DNA of 64,000 nucleotides from an uncultured Candidatus Rokubacteria bacterium (GCA_963789955.1 CAWBMV010000036.1:152142-216141); one strand, 5' to 3'. Counted from the stretch's first letter, positions 33,108-43,661 are shown. Numbers and translations are program-made. Notes: generated from the sequence alone by a model not told the origin.

Positions 33108-34115
33108 ATGAGACTCGTTTCGTTTTCCCGGTCTGCGCGTGCGCTGATTCTCGCCGCTTCGCTGGCCTCTGGCGTGCCGGCGCTCGCGCAGACCGATCCG
33201 CTGCCCTCGTGGAACGACGGCCGCGACAAGCAAGCGATCGTCGCCTTCGTCGCGAAGGTCACGAAGCAAGGCTCGCCGGACTTTGTGCCGCTCGCCGAGC
33301 GCATCGCCACGTTCGACAACGACGGCACGCTCTACGCCGAGCAGCCGATGTATTTCCAACTGATCTTCGCGCTCGACCGGGTGAAGGCGCTCGCGCCGCA
33401 GCATCCGGAGTGGAAGGACAAGGAGCCGTTCGCCTCGCTGCTCAAGGGCGACGTGAAAGGCGCACTCGCCGGCGGGGAGAAGGCGATGGTCGAAATCGTC
33501 ATGGCCACGCACGCGGGCATGACCACCGAGGAGTTCGAGCAGATCGTGAAGGACTGGCTCGCGACGGCGAGGCATCCCAAGTTCAAGCGGCCCTACACCG
33601 ATCTGGTTTATCAGCCCATGGTCGAGCTGCTCGCCTACCTGCGCGCAAACGGATTCAAGACCATCATCGTCTCCGCCGGCGGCACCGAGTTCATGCGCCC
33701 GTGGACAGAAAAGGCCTACGGCATCCCGCCCGAACAGGTCTTCGGCAGCACCATCAAGACGAAGTACGAAATGCGCGACGGCAAGCCGGTGCTCATGCGC
33801 CTGCCGGAGATCGACTTCATCGACGACAAGGCCGGCAAGCCGGTTGGCATCAACAAGTACATCGGCCGCCGGCCCATCGCCGCCTTCGGCAATTCCGACG
33901 GCGACCAGCAGATGCTGGAGTGGACGCAAGGCGGCAGCGGCGCGCGGTTGATGATGCTCGTGCATCACGACGACGCGGTGCGCGAGTGGGCCTATGGCGC
34001 GGAATCGAAGATCGGCACCTTCAGCGACGCGCTGATGGCCGAGGCGAAGGAGAAGAAGTGGACGGTCATCAGCATGAAGAACGACTGGAAGAAGATCTTC
34101 GCGTTCGACCAGTAA
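33108..34115 (+). CDS. Exported HAD-family hydrolase (nonspecific acid phosphatase type)
   Basis: DPLPSWNDG, FDNDGTL, GNSDGDQQML and SMKNDW. Confidence 0.9.
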   Translation: MRLVSFSRSARALILAASLASGVPALAQTDPLPSWNDGRDKQAIVAFVAKVTKQGSPDFVPLAERIATFDNDGTLYAEQPMYFQLIFALDRVKALAPQHPEWKDKEPFASLLKGDVKGALAGGEKAMVEIVMATHAGMTTEEFEQIVKDWLATARHPKFKRPYTDLVYQPMVELLAYLRANGFKTIIVSAGGTEFMRPWTEKAYGIPPEQVFGSTIKTKYEMRDGKPVLMRLPEIDFIDDKAGKPVGINKYIGRRPIAAFGNSDGDQQMLEWTQGGSGARLMMLVHHDDAVREWAYGAESKIGTFSDALMAEAKEKKWTVISMKNDWKKIFAFDQ

Positions 34116-34172
34116 CGTGCGCGGATGAGGCAGCACCATGAAGTGTGCGAGCAGATGAAGGAGGAACTCATC

Positions 34173-35192
34173 ATGATCTGTACGCACTTCCAGAGACCCA
34201 CTAGCCAAACCGTGCCCGCCCTGGTTCTCTGGGCCCTCGTGGTCTTTTTTGCCGGCCCCGCCGCGGCGGCGGACGAAAGCGCGACGGAGCCGGCGAAGCA
34301 GTCGCAGACCCCCATCGGCACCTTCCACCTGATCGACCCGCACCTCGACTATCCCGCCGCGTGGCGAGTCGCGCAGGCCGCCGGAGCGCCCAGCACGACG
34401 GCGGCGGCTCCTGCGGCGCAATCGGAGGGCGGAGGTGCCTCGGCGAGCGAGTTGAACAAGCAGCTCAGCAACCCCGTGACCAGTCTCTGGTCGCTGACCT
34501 TCCAGTTCAACAACTACCGCCTGGCGAATGACCAGTGGAACAACAACCTGCAGTTCCAGCCGGTGCTCCCCGTTGGCCTCACGAAGGACGTGAACCTCAT
34601 CACGCGGCCGGTGATTCCCCTCTATGACATCGTCCCGCACGAGACGGCCCCCGGCCAGTTCGAGACGACCGCCGGGCTGGGCGACATGATCCTGCTGGAG
34701 ATGCTCTCGCCCGCGGAATCCGGGAAGTGGATTCTCGGCGCGGGCCCGAGCTTCATCTTCCCGACGGCGACCTCGAAGTTCACGGGGCAGGGCAAGTGGC
34801 AGGCCGGACCGGGTGTCGTGGTGGGTTATCTCACGGACAAGTACATCATCGGCGCGTTTCCCCAGCAGTGGTGGTCGTTCGCGGGCAGCTCCGATCGGCC
34901 GGACACGAGCCAGATGAACCTTCAGCCCATTGCCGCGCTGTTTTTCGGCGAGGGGTGGAGCGTCGGCTATTCCGGCAACATCCTGGCCAACTGGAAGGCA
35001 TCCTCTTCGGAGCGATGGACCGTGCCCATCGGCGTGGCGGTGGGCAAGGTGGTGAAGCTGGGGCCGCTTCCGGTTAAGATCCAGCTCGGGGGGCAGTACA
35101 TGCCGATCCACCCTCGGGATGGCCAGGAGTGGAACATCCAGCTCCAGCTGACCCCCGTCCTGCCGAAGCTCATCAAGGAGCCTCTTTTCTAG
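34173..35192 (+). CDS. Putative outer-membrane beta-barrel protein
   Basis: Signal peptide, KQLSNP, QFQPVLP, GLGD, FPTAT...GQGKWQAGP and amphipathic beta strands; AAGGAGG RBS. Confidence 0.7.
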   Translation: MICTHFQRPTSQTVPALVLWALVVFFAGPAAAADESATEPAKQSQTPIGTFHLIDPHLDYPAAWRVAQAAGAPSTTAAAPAAQSEGGGASASELNKQLSNPVTSLWSLTFQFNNYRLANDQWNNNLQFQPVLPVGLTKDVNLITRPVIPLYDIVPHETAPGQFETTAGLGDMILLEMLSPAESGKWILGAGPSFIFPTATSKFTGQGKWQAGPGVVVGYLTDKYIIGAFPQQWWSFAGSSDRPDTSQMNLQPIAALFFGEGWSVGYSGNILANWKASSSERWTVPIGVAVGKVVKLGPLPVKIQLGGQYMPIHPRDGQEWNIQLQLTPVLPKLIKEPLF

Positions 35193-35421
35193 AGACCGCG
35201 CGAGTTGAGCCCAGAAGCCCCGTGACAGCGGGTGAGCCCACCTCACGCCTGTCGTCGCGGCGCTCGGCGCGTTCGCGGCCGGCATGGTCGTGGGGCAGGC
35301 CATTCGCGGCGATGAAGGTGAAGGGTTGCGCGAGAAGCGCGCGCGAAAACCGGCATCGCCCGCATGAATCTGACTCGCGGAGTGACTTGTGCGCCGGGTG
35401 CGAGCGGCGGTACAAGGAGCC

Positions 35422-35949
35422 ATGACGACCATGACGGACGAGCAGAAGCGGATCCGCGGATACCTGGAAGCGCAGGGCGCCAAGCTGGCGCCGCCGGCGA
35501 TCGTCGACAAGGTGCGCGAGGCGATGGGCCGGCTGCGCGCGGCCGCGGTGGCCGTACCGGCCGCGCGGTTCGCGCAGGCGCCGGCGCCCGGCGAGTGGAG
35601 CGCCAACGAGGTGATGGCCCACGTGGTGGACGCCGGGCGCCACTTCGGCGATGGGATCATGCGCGCGCTCGACGGTCTGCCGCCGGGCGAGCGGCGCCAC
35701 GCCGAGGAGCGGCCGACGGCGCCGAGCCACACCGCCGCCGAGTGGCTCGCTATCCTCGACCGGGACCGCGAGCCGCTGTTCGATCGCGCGCTGCGCGCGA
35801 ACCCGACGGGACGGCTCGAGCAGTCGATCTCGCACGGCTTCTTCGGCTTGCTCAACTGGCGCGAGACACTCCTGTTCATTCGCGTCCACGACCTCGATCA
35901 CGCGGGCCAGCTCGAGAAGATCGCGGCGGCGCTGGGCTCCGGCACCTGA
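35422..35949 (+). CDS. DinB/YfiT-family protein
   Basis: GEWSANEVMAHV and H.FFG.LNWRE.LLF..VHDLDHAGQ. Confidence 0.8.
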   Translation: MTTMTDEQKRIRGYLEAQGAKLAPPAIVDKVREAMGRLRAAAVAVPAARFAQAPAPGEWSANEVMAHVVDAGRHFGDGIMRALDGLPPGERRHAEERPTAPSHTAAEWLAILDRDREPLFDRALRANPTGRLEQSISHGFFGLLNWRETLLFIRVHDLDHAGQLEKIAAALGSGT

Positions 35950-36981
35950 TGAAGGTCGCCATCTCGCTGCGCCTTGCCAACGACGACTGGGCGAAGGCGA
36001 GCGCCTGGGTGAGCGAGGCCGAGCGGCTCGGCGTCGACTGCGTGTGGTCGGCCGAGGCGTGGGGCCACGACGCGGTGACGCCGCTGGCGTTCCTCGCCGC
36101 GCGAACGAGCACGATCAAGCTCGGCTCGGGGATCATCCAGGCCGGCACCCGCACGCCGGCGCTGATCGCGATGACGGCGATGAGCCTCGCGTCGATGTCC
36201 GGCGGGCGATTTCGCCTGGGGCTCGGGGTGAGCGGTCCGCAGGTGATCGAAGGCTGGCACGGTATCCGGTTCGATCGTCCGGTCCAGCGCATGCGCGAGA
36301 CGGTCGAGATCGTCCGCCGCGCGGTCCGAGGCGAGCGCCTGGAGTACGCGGGATCGGTCTACACCTTGCCGCTGCCGGGCGGCGAGGGCAAGGCGCTCCG
36401 GTCCGCCGCGAAGCCTCAGCCGGTGATTCCGATTTACCTGGCGACCCTGTCGCCGAAGAGCCTGGCGATGACGGGCGAGATCGCCGACGGCTGGCTCGGC
36501 ACGTCGTTCATGCCCGACCACGCGCGCATCTTCTTCGACCACATCGCCGCGGGTGCCGCGCGCGCCGGGCGGACCCTGACGGCGCTCGACCTGCAGGCCG
36601 GCGGCGTGGTGGCGTTCGGGGACGACCTCGATCCCTTGATCGCGCCGCGCAAGCCCGGGCTCGCGTTCTCGCTGGGCGCGATGGGCTCGCGGCAGCACAA
36701 CTTCTACAACGACGCCTACAAGCGCGCCGGCTACGTCGACGCGGCGACCGAGGTGCAGCGGCTGTGGCTCGACGGCAAGCGCGAGGAGGCGGCGGCGCGC
36801 GTGCCCGACGAGCTCGTGCTGAAGACGAATCTCCTCGGCACCGAGAAGATGGTCCGCGAGCGGCTCGCGACCTACCGCGCCGCCGGCATCACGACGTTGA
36901 GGGTCGAGCCGGCCGCCGACGATCATCGACACGCGCGTGTCGACGCTCGGCCGGCTGATGGACCTCGTCCGCGAGCTCTGA
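35949..36981 (+). CDS. LLM-class (F420-dependent type) oxidoreductase
   Basis: WSAEAWGHDA, RTPALIAMTA, LGLGVSGPQVIEGWHG and GEIADGW; C-terminal indel near 36920. Confidence 0.88.
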
Positions 36982-37012
36982 GCGGCGTTAGCTCCTCGAC
37001 TCGTACCGAGCG

Positions 37013-38503
37013 CTACCTGACCGCGGCCGGTGCCGCGCTGGCCCACGCTCTCGGCTGAGCCAGCACCTCGGCGGCCTGCTTCTCGACCACCGTGCCCTTG
37101 AAGAAGTCCGGGTTCACCTCGCCCCAGAACCGCACCGCGTTCGCGAACATGAAGTCGCGGAAGTCGTCCTCGGTGATCAGCTCGTGCTCGACCAGCTCGT
37201 AGGCCTCGGGCACGACCTCGGTCATGTCGGGCACGTCGAAGTGGCCGATGTCCGAGCTGAAGATCGCGTTGAGGCGAGCGCCCATCGGGTTGGCCTTCTT
37301 GTTGAAGGCCCAGGCGTTGGTCGGATCGTCGGCCTCGCAGCCGAAGTAGAAGCGCGGCACGAACAGATCGCGGATGTCGCTCTTCGCGCCGATCTTGCAG
37401 CGGAAGTAGTCGTCGAGGTCCTCGATGCCGCCGGTCAGGGTCGAGTTGGAGTCGCCCTCGAGCCCCTCGCGCCGCCGTACCGCTTCCACCAGCGCCTCGC
37501 GCCCGTACTTCTGCGCGTAGCCGAGCAGCGCGAGGGCATCGAGGTTGCTCGGATTCGTCGACTCGATCGCCTTCCGGTTGCGCTTCTCCCAGTGGCCGAT
37601 CAGGTCGGCGTAGAGCATGCACGCCCAGCCCACGCCGCCCTCGAGGAAGGCGAAGTTCATGTCCGGGAACCGGCGCGTCACGCCGCCGAAGAAGATCGCC
37701 TTCGCCACCGCGTGGCCGGCGGACGCGAAGTGGCCGATGTGGTTGTAGCAGAAGTTCGACGGCGAATTGCGCAGGAGGATCGAGCGCGCGCCGTTGTGGA
37801 AGCTCGGCGCGATCTTGAGCTCGCGGCACTTGGCCCACACCGGATCGTAGTCGTAGTCGCTGTCGATTCCGATCACGTCGTACCAGTCGACGACCCTCGA
37901 CGCGTCCGGGTTCTCCTCGGCCAGCGCCGTCACCTTGCGCCGCATGAGCCCGCCGACCATCATCACCTTGTAGCCGAGCTGCTTCGAGGCGAACTCGAGC
38001 TCCTCGATCGCTTCCTCGGGCGTGTACATCGGGATGATCGCGGCGGGGATGACACGATCCTCGAGCCCGCGGAACTGATCGGCGGTGAACACGTTGTAGG
38101 CGCGGCAGATCGCCCGGCGCAGCCGGGTGTCCTGCATGCGGTGGAAGCCGAGCCCGGTCGTCGGATAGACGACGCAGAAGTCGAGGCCGAGATCGTCGAG
38201 CCGCTCGTACATCAGGCGCGGCAGCATCGCGGTGGCGCGGTCGAGCACGTTCTCGGACGGCGAGCCCCAGAACGCCTCCATGCCGACGCGCCGGCGGCGG
38301 CGCTCGGGCAGGGACATCCGGAGCGCGCTCGGCACCCGATCGGTGGCGGCGGCGAGCGCCTCGACGGCGGCGTCTCCGCCGATGCGCCGGAACTCGTCGC
38401 GCATGACCGGCCCGTATTCGAGCCAGTGACCGTCCGCATCGACGACCGGGTGATTCAGGCGAGAGCGGAGTTTCCGGGCCTCGGTCGATCCGTTGGTTCC
38501 CAT
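37013..38503 (-). CDS. Amidohydrolase-2 family protein
   Basis: VVDADGH, YDPVWAKC.EL...PSFH, FAFLEGG and FSSDIGHFD. Confidence 0.85.
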   Translation of the reverse strand: MGTNGSTEARKLRSRLNHPVVDADGHWLEYGPVMRDEFRRIGGDAAVEALAAATDRVPSALRMSLPERRRRRVGMEAFWGSPSENVLDRATAMLPRLMYERLDDLGLDFCVVYPTTGLGFHRMQDTRLRRAICRAYNVFTADQFRGLEDRVIPAAIIPMYTPEEAIEELEFASKQLGYKVMMVGGLMRRKVTALAEENPDASRVVDWYDVIGIDSDYDYDPVWAKCRELKIAPSFHNGARSILLRNSPSNFCYNHIGHFASAGHAVAKAIFFGGVTRRFPDMNFAFLEGGVGWACMLYADLIGHWEKRNRKAIESTNPSNLDALALLGYAQKYGREALVEAVRRREGLEGDSNSTLTGGIEDLDDYFRCKIGAKSDIRDLFVPRFYFGCEADDPTNAWAFNKKANPMGARLNAIFSSDIGHFDVPDMTEVVPEAYELVEHELITEDDFRDFMFANAVRFWGEVNPDFFKGTVVEKQAAEVLAQPRAWASAAPAAVR

Positions 38504-38569
38504 CGTCGCACCCCGCGGGAGCTTGATTTGGGGGAATCATACACAAGAGCCCGGCGCCGCGTCATCCGC

Positions 38570-38586
38570 ATTACCCGGCAGGTAAT
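38570..38586. promoter_or_regulatory. Inverted-repeat operator ATTACC-N5-GGTAAT (copy 2)
   Basis: ATTACCcggcaGGTAAT in the divergent gap between the amidohydrolase and dehydrogenase genes. Confidence 0.65.
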
Positions 38587-38632
38587 TGATCTTCCGCGCG
38601 GTCCGATGGAGGATGCGGCGGGAGGACGAGAG

Positions 38633-39604
38633 ATGCTGCAGGTGGCTTTCGCCGGAACGTTCTCGGCCACGCTCGAGCCCTCGGTGCGCGCGCGCCTGCA
38701 CACACCCTGCGACGTGATCGTCGGCGACGAGGTCGGGATCGTCCCGCGGCTGTCCGAGGTCGACGTGCTGGTCACGCTCGCGTTCAATCGCGAGATGGCC
38801 GCGGCCGCGAAGAGGCTCAAGCTGGTTCAGGTGCCCGGCGCCGGGCTCGATCGGATCGACCGCGCGGCGGTGCCCGCGACGGCGGCGCTCGCCAACGCCT
38901 ACGGCCATGAAGTCGGCATCGCCGAGTACGTGATCGGCGCGATGCTCGCGGCGACGCGCGGCTTCTGGCGGATCGACGCGTCGCTCCGGCGCGGAGCCTG
39001 GGAGAGCCAGTGGGGCGTGGGCACCGTAGCGCCGCCGCCGTGGCCGGAGCTGGCAGGAAAGACGCTCGGCATTCTCGGCTACGGCCGGATCGGGCAAGCT
39101 CTGGCTCGGCGTGCGCGAGCGTTCGACATGGAGGTCTGCGCGATCCGGCGCGACGTGACGAGCTCCCACGGCGACGGGCTCACGTTCCTCGGAGGGCCGG
39201 AGGCCCTCGACGACGTGCTGCGCCGGGCGGATTATCTGGCGGTGACCCTCTCGCTCAACGATCAGACGCGCGGCCTGCTCGGCGAGCGCGAGCTCGCGCT
39301 CCTGAAGCCGAACGCCGTGCTCGTCAACGTCGCCCGCGCCGAGATCGTCGACGAAGACGCGCTCTATCGTGCCCTGCTGGAGCGGCGCATCGCGGGCGCG
39401 GCCCTCGACGTGTGGTATCGATATCCGAAGGAGCCGGGACCGACCTTCCCGTCGCGGCGACCGTTCCACGAGCTTTCGAACGTGCTGATGACACCTCACG
39501 TCTCCGGCTGGACCGAGGGCATGCTGGAGGCACGCGCGAAGCTCATCGCCGAGAACATCGAGCGAACCGCACGCGGGGAGCCGCCGCTGAACCTGATTCG
39601 TTGA
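38633..39604 (+). CDS. D-isomer-specific 2-hydroxyacid dehydrogenase
   Basis: GILGYGRIG, LVNVARA, ALDVW and MTPHVSG. Confidence 0.9.
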   Translation: MLQVAFAGTFSATLEPSVRARLHTPCDVIVGDEVGIVPRLSEVDVLVTLAFNREMAAAAKRLKLVQVPGAGLDRIDRAAVPATAALANAYGHEVGIAEYVIGAMLAATRGFWRIDASLRRGAWESQWGVGTVAPPPWPELAGKTLGILGYGRIGQALARRARAFDMEVCAIRRDVTSSHGDGLTFLGGPEALDDVLRRADYLAVTLSLNDQTRGLLGERELALLKPNAVLVNVARAEIVDEDALYRALLERRIAGAALDVWYRYPKEPGPTFPSRRPFHELSNVLMTPHVSGWTEGMLEARAKLIAENIERTARGEPPLNLIR

Positions 39605-40897
39605 CCGACCGCCCGGCCCCCCGCGGAACACTGCCCTTCTTCTACGGCTGGATCGTCGTCGCCGCCGCGTTCGTCACGATGGCGATCGGCGTCAACGCGC
39701 GCACGGCGTTCTCGCTCTTGTTTCCTCCGATCCTCGACGAGTTCGGCTGGGAGCGGGGACTGACCGCCGGCGCCTTCTCGTTCGGCTTTCTCGTCTCGGC
39801 CTGCCTGAGCCCGCTCGTCGGCCGCCTGATGGATCGCCGGGGCCCGCGCTTCGTGATCGAGATGGGCGTGCTCGTCATGGGGTGCGGCCTGCTGCTCGCG
39901 CCGTTCGTGAGCCGGCCGTGGCATCTCTACGCGACGCTCGGCGTGCTGGTCGGGGGCGGCGGCAACTGCCTCGGGTACACCGGTCAGTCGCTCTATCTGC
40001 CGAACTGGTTCGTGCGCCGGCGCGGGCTCGCGATGAGCCTCGCCTTCTCGGGAGTCGGAATCGGCTCGATCGTCCTGCTGCCGTGGCTGCAAGCGCTGAT
40101 CGCCAGAGCGGGCTGGCGCGCCGCCTGCTGGGCGCTCGGCGTGCTGGTGCTTGGTGTCCTGGTGCCCCTCAACCTCGCGCTGAAGCGACGACCGGAGGAC
40201 CTCGGTCTCCAGCCTGACGGCGACATCGGCCCCGCACGGCCCGTCCGCCGCGCGCCGCACGAACGTCGTGGACGCGGCGTGGGCGGCCGTCGACTGGACG
40301 CTCGCGCGCGCGATTCGTACGAGCCGTTTCTGGTGGATCGCGCTTGGATATTTCTTCGGGCTGTTCGCCTGGTACGCGGTGCAGGTGCACCAGACGAAGT
40401 ATCTCGTCGAAGTCGGATTCAGCCCGGCGCACGCCGGCTGGGCGCTCGGGCTCGTGAGCCTGGTCGCCGTGCCCGGCCAGATCGCGCTCGGACACCTCTC
40501 CGACAGGATCGGGCGCGAGTGGGTGTGGACGGTCGGGAGTCTCGGATTCGTGCTCTGCTTCGTCGCGCTCCTCGCACTCCGGAGCGCGCCGACGGCGGCG
40601 CTGCTCTACCTGATGGTGATCGCGCAGGGATTTCTCGGCTACGGTCTGACCTCGGTGCTCGGCGCGATTCCTGCCGAGATCTTCGAAGGCCGTCACTACG
40701 GCGCCGTCTTCGGCACGCTCATGCTGGCGGCGATCACCGGCGGCGCCGCAGGGCCGTGGGTGGCGGGCGCTCTCTACGACTTCACGGGCAGCTACACGCC
40801 GGCTTTCTCGATCGCCATGGGCGGCTCCGTGCTGTCGGCGCTCGCCATCTGGCTCGCGGCGCCTCGCAAGGTCCGCGCGGTCGGCGCGCCGCGCTGA
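39601..40897 (+). CDS. MFS transporter, frameshifted
   Basis: FFYGWIVV and GRLMDRRGPR; second half in ORF 40268-40897; paralog of 3002-4237. Confidence 0.85.
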
Positions 40898-40902
40898 CTT
40901 CG

Positions 40903-41742
40903 CTACTGCGCGATCGTCTCGCCGGCGCTTCGCGCCTTGCTCTGCTCCCACCACGTGTGCCAGGCCCGGACCCCGGCGGCGCGCTCGCCCGCACCGTCGC
41001 TCGGATCGACGCAGACGCGATCGACCGACTGCTGGCCGACCGCGAGGAGTGCGCGCGTCGACCCGTAGCGGGCTGCGAACGAGTCGGCATCGAGCCCGCG
41101 CAGCAGCTCCGGAACGACCTGGCCCTTCGTGGGCGCCTGGCTGGCCAGCAGGCCGCCCGTCGCGGCGATGATGCTCCCGAGGAGCCGAGCCGTCGGATCC
41201 TTGCTCGTGAGGAGCCGTGGAAGCGGCTGGTCCCACCCGGCGCTCCGGGCGATGCTCGATTTCTTCGCGGATTCGGCGATCACGGCAGCGGCGAGTCGAC
41301 GCGTCATGAATGGTTCGCCCGGGTCGTCGAGCACCTTCGTCAGCGGCGGCAGTCCCTTGCGCGCAGCTTCGAGAGGCGACCCGGAGCGGTCCACGGATTT
41401 CGCCACCTTGGCCAGGCGCGCGAACGCCTTGCCGGCCTCGTCGGCATACTCCGACACCATCTGGACCTTTTGCTCGACGAGAGGCCCCTTCGACGGGGCC
41501 AGCTCGCGCAACCCGGCGGTGACCTCTGTCACGGACTCTTCGTAGTTGAAGACTCTTCCGATCGTGCGATCGGCGTACTCCTCGATCGCTTGCCACCGGC
41601 GCACACAATCCGGCGACGAGAATCCCTGGAGCAGGTGCTCGACGACGGCCGGCGCGCCGACCGGTTGCGCGCCAACCGGAGGGCCCAGCAAGGTGAGGGC
41701 GACGAGGGCTCCGCACAGCGGGCGGTGGAGCGCGCGCGCCAT
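40903..41742 (-). CDS. Exported hypothetical protein with HEAT-like helical repeats
   Basis: Signal peptide (ALVALTLLGPPVGA-Q); repeats such as LTKVLDD...RRLAAAVI, LLTSKDPTARLLG and LLRGLDADSFAARYG; W..WW near the C-terminus. Confidence 0.6.
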   Translation of the reverse strand: MARALHRPLCGALVALTLLGPPVGAQPVGAPAVVEHLLQGFSSPDCVRRWQAIEEYADRTIGRVFNYEESVTEVTAGLRELAPSKGPLVEQKVQMVSEYADEAGKAFARLAKVAKSVDRSGSPLEAARKGLPPLTKVLDDPGEPFMTRRLAAAVIAESAKKSSIARSAGWDQPLPRLLTSKDPTARLLGSIIAATGGLLASQAPTKGQVVPELLRGLDADSFAARYGSTRALLAVGQQSVDRVCVDPSDGAGERAAGVRAWHTWWEQSKARSAGETIAQ

Positions 41743-41800
41743 TCCCGGGATTGTACGACGGCGATCCGCCCGGTAGAGTCTCGACGCGGGAGGAGCACTC

Positions 41801-42624
41801 ATGACCGGCAAGGCGCTGGGAGCACTCATCGTGGCGGTGGTCGCCGTGATCGGCATCGGAGTCGGCGCGGCGAGCGCCGGCGTCGAGAAGCTGTACGTGC
41901 TCGACTGCGGGCAGAACATCGGCAAGGACCAGTCGCGCTGGTCGCCGGGTGTCAACGAGGGCAAGGCGATCGAGTTCTCGGACAACTGCTACCTGATCCG
42001 ACACGACAAGGGCCTGCTGCTCTGGGACACCGGGATCCCCGACTCGGTCGCGGCGATGCCCGACGGCATGGTCGTCGCCAACGGCGCGATCACGTACCGC
42101 CGCGCCAAGACCCTGGCGTCTCAGCTCGAACAGATCGGCGTCAAGCCGGACGACGTCACCTATCTCGCCCTATCGCATACCCATGGCGATCACGTCGGCA
42201 ACGTCGTGCTGTTCCCGACGTCGACCGTGCTGATCCAGGGCGCCGAATACGACTGGGCGATGGCCGGGCCCGCCAAGCCCGTCTTCGCGGCGACGCAAAA
42301 GATCGAGAAGCTCGCGGGCGATCGCGACGTCTTCGGCGACGGCACCGTGAAGATCATCTCGACGCCGGGGCACACGCCCGGCCACCAGTCGCTCCTGGTG
42401 CAGCTGCCGAAGACGGGATGGCTCCTGCTCTCGGGCGACGCCGTGCACTTCCAGGACAACTGGACCCACAAGCGGGTGCCGTCGATGAACTTCAACCGCG
42501 ATCAGACCCTGGCGTCCCTCCAGCGGATCGCGGCACTACTCGACGAGCGCAAGGCGCAGCTGTGGATCAACCACGACAAGCGCAGAGCGCCACGCTCCGC
42601 TACGCCCCCGCGTTCTACGAGTAG
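41801..42624 (+). CDS. N-acyl-homoserine lactonase family metallo-beta-lactamase (exported)
   Basis: Signal peptide, LLWDTG, SHTHGDH, TPGHTPGHQS, LSGDAVH and WINHD; the tail LRYAPAFYE is in another frame. Confidence 0.82.
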
Positions 42625-42687
42625 GACGGCTGACGACTCCTCAGCCCTAGAGGGTGCCCGCGTGAACAGCCGCCTGCCTCCAGCGGG

Positions 42688-43578
42688 TTATTTACCGGAG
42701 ACCTTCACGGCCGACAAACGTTCGATGACCGTCATGATGACGCTCGTGTCCTGCTCGCCGAGCCCCGCTGCCAGCGCCGCCTGCTGATAGCGCTGCGCCA
42801 CGTTCGAGAAGCTCACCGGCACGTGGAGCTCCTTGGCGATCGTGTTGAACGTGTCGAGGTCCTTGTTCATCAGCGCGACCTTGAAGCCCGGCTCGAAGTT
42901 GCGCGGGATGAGCGCCGTCGTGATGCGCTCGAGCGCCTTGCTGCCGCCGCTGCTGGCCTTGACCACCTGGTAGACCGTCATCGGGTCGAGGCCCGCCTTC
43001 ACGCCGAGGGCGAGGCCCTCCATCATGGCGCACGAGTTGACGGACGCGCACATGTTGTTGATCGCCTTCACCGTGTTGCCCGCGCCGACCGGGCCCACGT
43101 GGAAGATGTTGGGGCCGATCGCGCGCAGCACCGGCGTGGCGCGCTGCAGCGGCTCGGCTTCGCCGCCGACCATGATCGCCAGGGTCGCCGCGCGCGCGCC
43201 GCTGACGCCGCCGCTGACCGGCGCCTCGAGGAAGTGCACGCCGCGCGCCTTGGCCCGCGGCTCGATCTTGCGCGGCGTGGACGGGAGCACGCTGCTGAGA
43301 TCGATGAGGATCGTGCCGGGCTTGGCCCGATCGACGAGCCCGCCGGGCTCGAGATAGATCGCCTCGACGTCCGGCGAGGCCGGCAGCGAGGTGAAGACGA
43401 TCTCGGAGCTCTCGACGACCTCACGGGCCGAGCCGGCGCGCTTCGCGCCGGCCTGGATGAGATTCTCCATCGCCTTGGGGTTGGCGTCGAAGACCGTCAT
43501 CGGGAACGCCTTCAAGACGTTGGCTGCCATCGGGTTACCCATGTTTCCGACGCCGATGAAACCGACACTCACGGCCAT
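42688..43578 (-). CDS. NAD(P)-dependent beta-hydroxyacid dehydrogenase (3-hydroxyisobutyrate DH family)
   Basis: GFIGVGNMGNPMA, EAPVSGG, VKAINN and F...LMNKDL. Confidence 0.9.
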   Translation of the reverse strand: MAVSVGFIGVGNMGNPMAANVLKAFPMTVFDANPKAMENLIQAGAKRAGSAREVVESSEIVFTSLPASPDVEAIYLEPGGLVDRAKPGTILIDLSSVLPSTPRKIEPRAKARGVHFLEAPVSGGVSGARAATLAIMVGGEAEPLQRATPVLRAIGPNIFHVGPVGAGNTVKAINNMCASVNSCAMMEGLALGVKAGLDPMTVYQVVKASSGGSKALERITTALIPRNFEPGFKVALMNKDLDTFNTIAKELHVPVSFSNVAQRYQQAALAAGLGEQDTSVIMTVIERLSAVKVSGK

Positions 43579-43661
43579 TGGATCTCTCCTCTTTGTCTTG
43601 CTGCGCATCTCGGCCGGCGGGGCCCCAGCCCCGCGACGGCCTGCGGCGCGCGAGTCTTCGC

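Noticed and set aside
35193..35367. Frame containing DSG-TGA-AHLTPVVAALGAFAAGMVVGQ as a second selenoprotein
   Set aside because: No start codon, no recognisable family and no SECIS-like hairpin; more likely a gene remnant.
33075..42624. Very long ORFs such as 39010-42624 (1204 aa), 33075-35879 and 35898-38546
   Set aside because: Arg/Ala/Pro-rich shadow or chimeric frames overlapping well-supported genes, typical of high-GC DNA.
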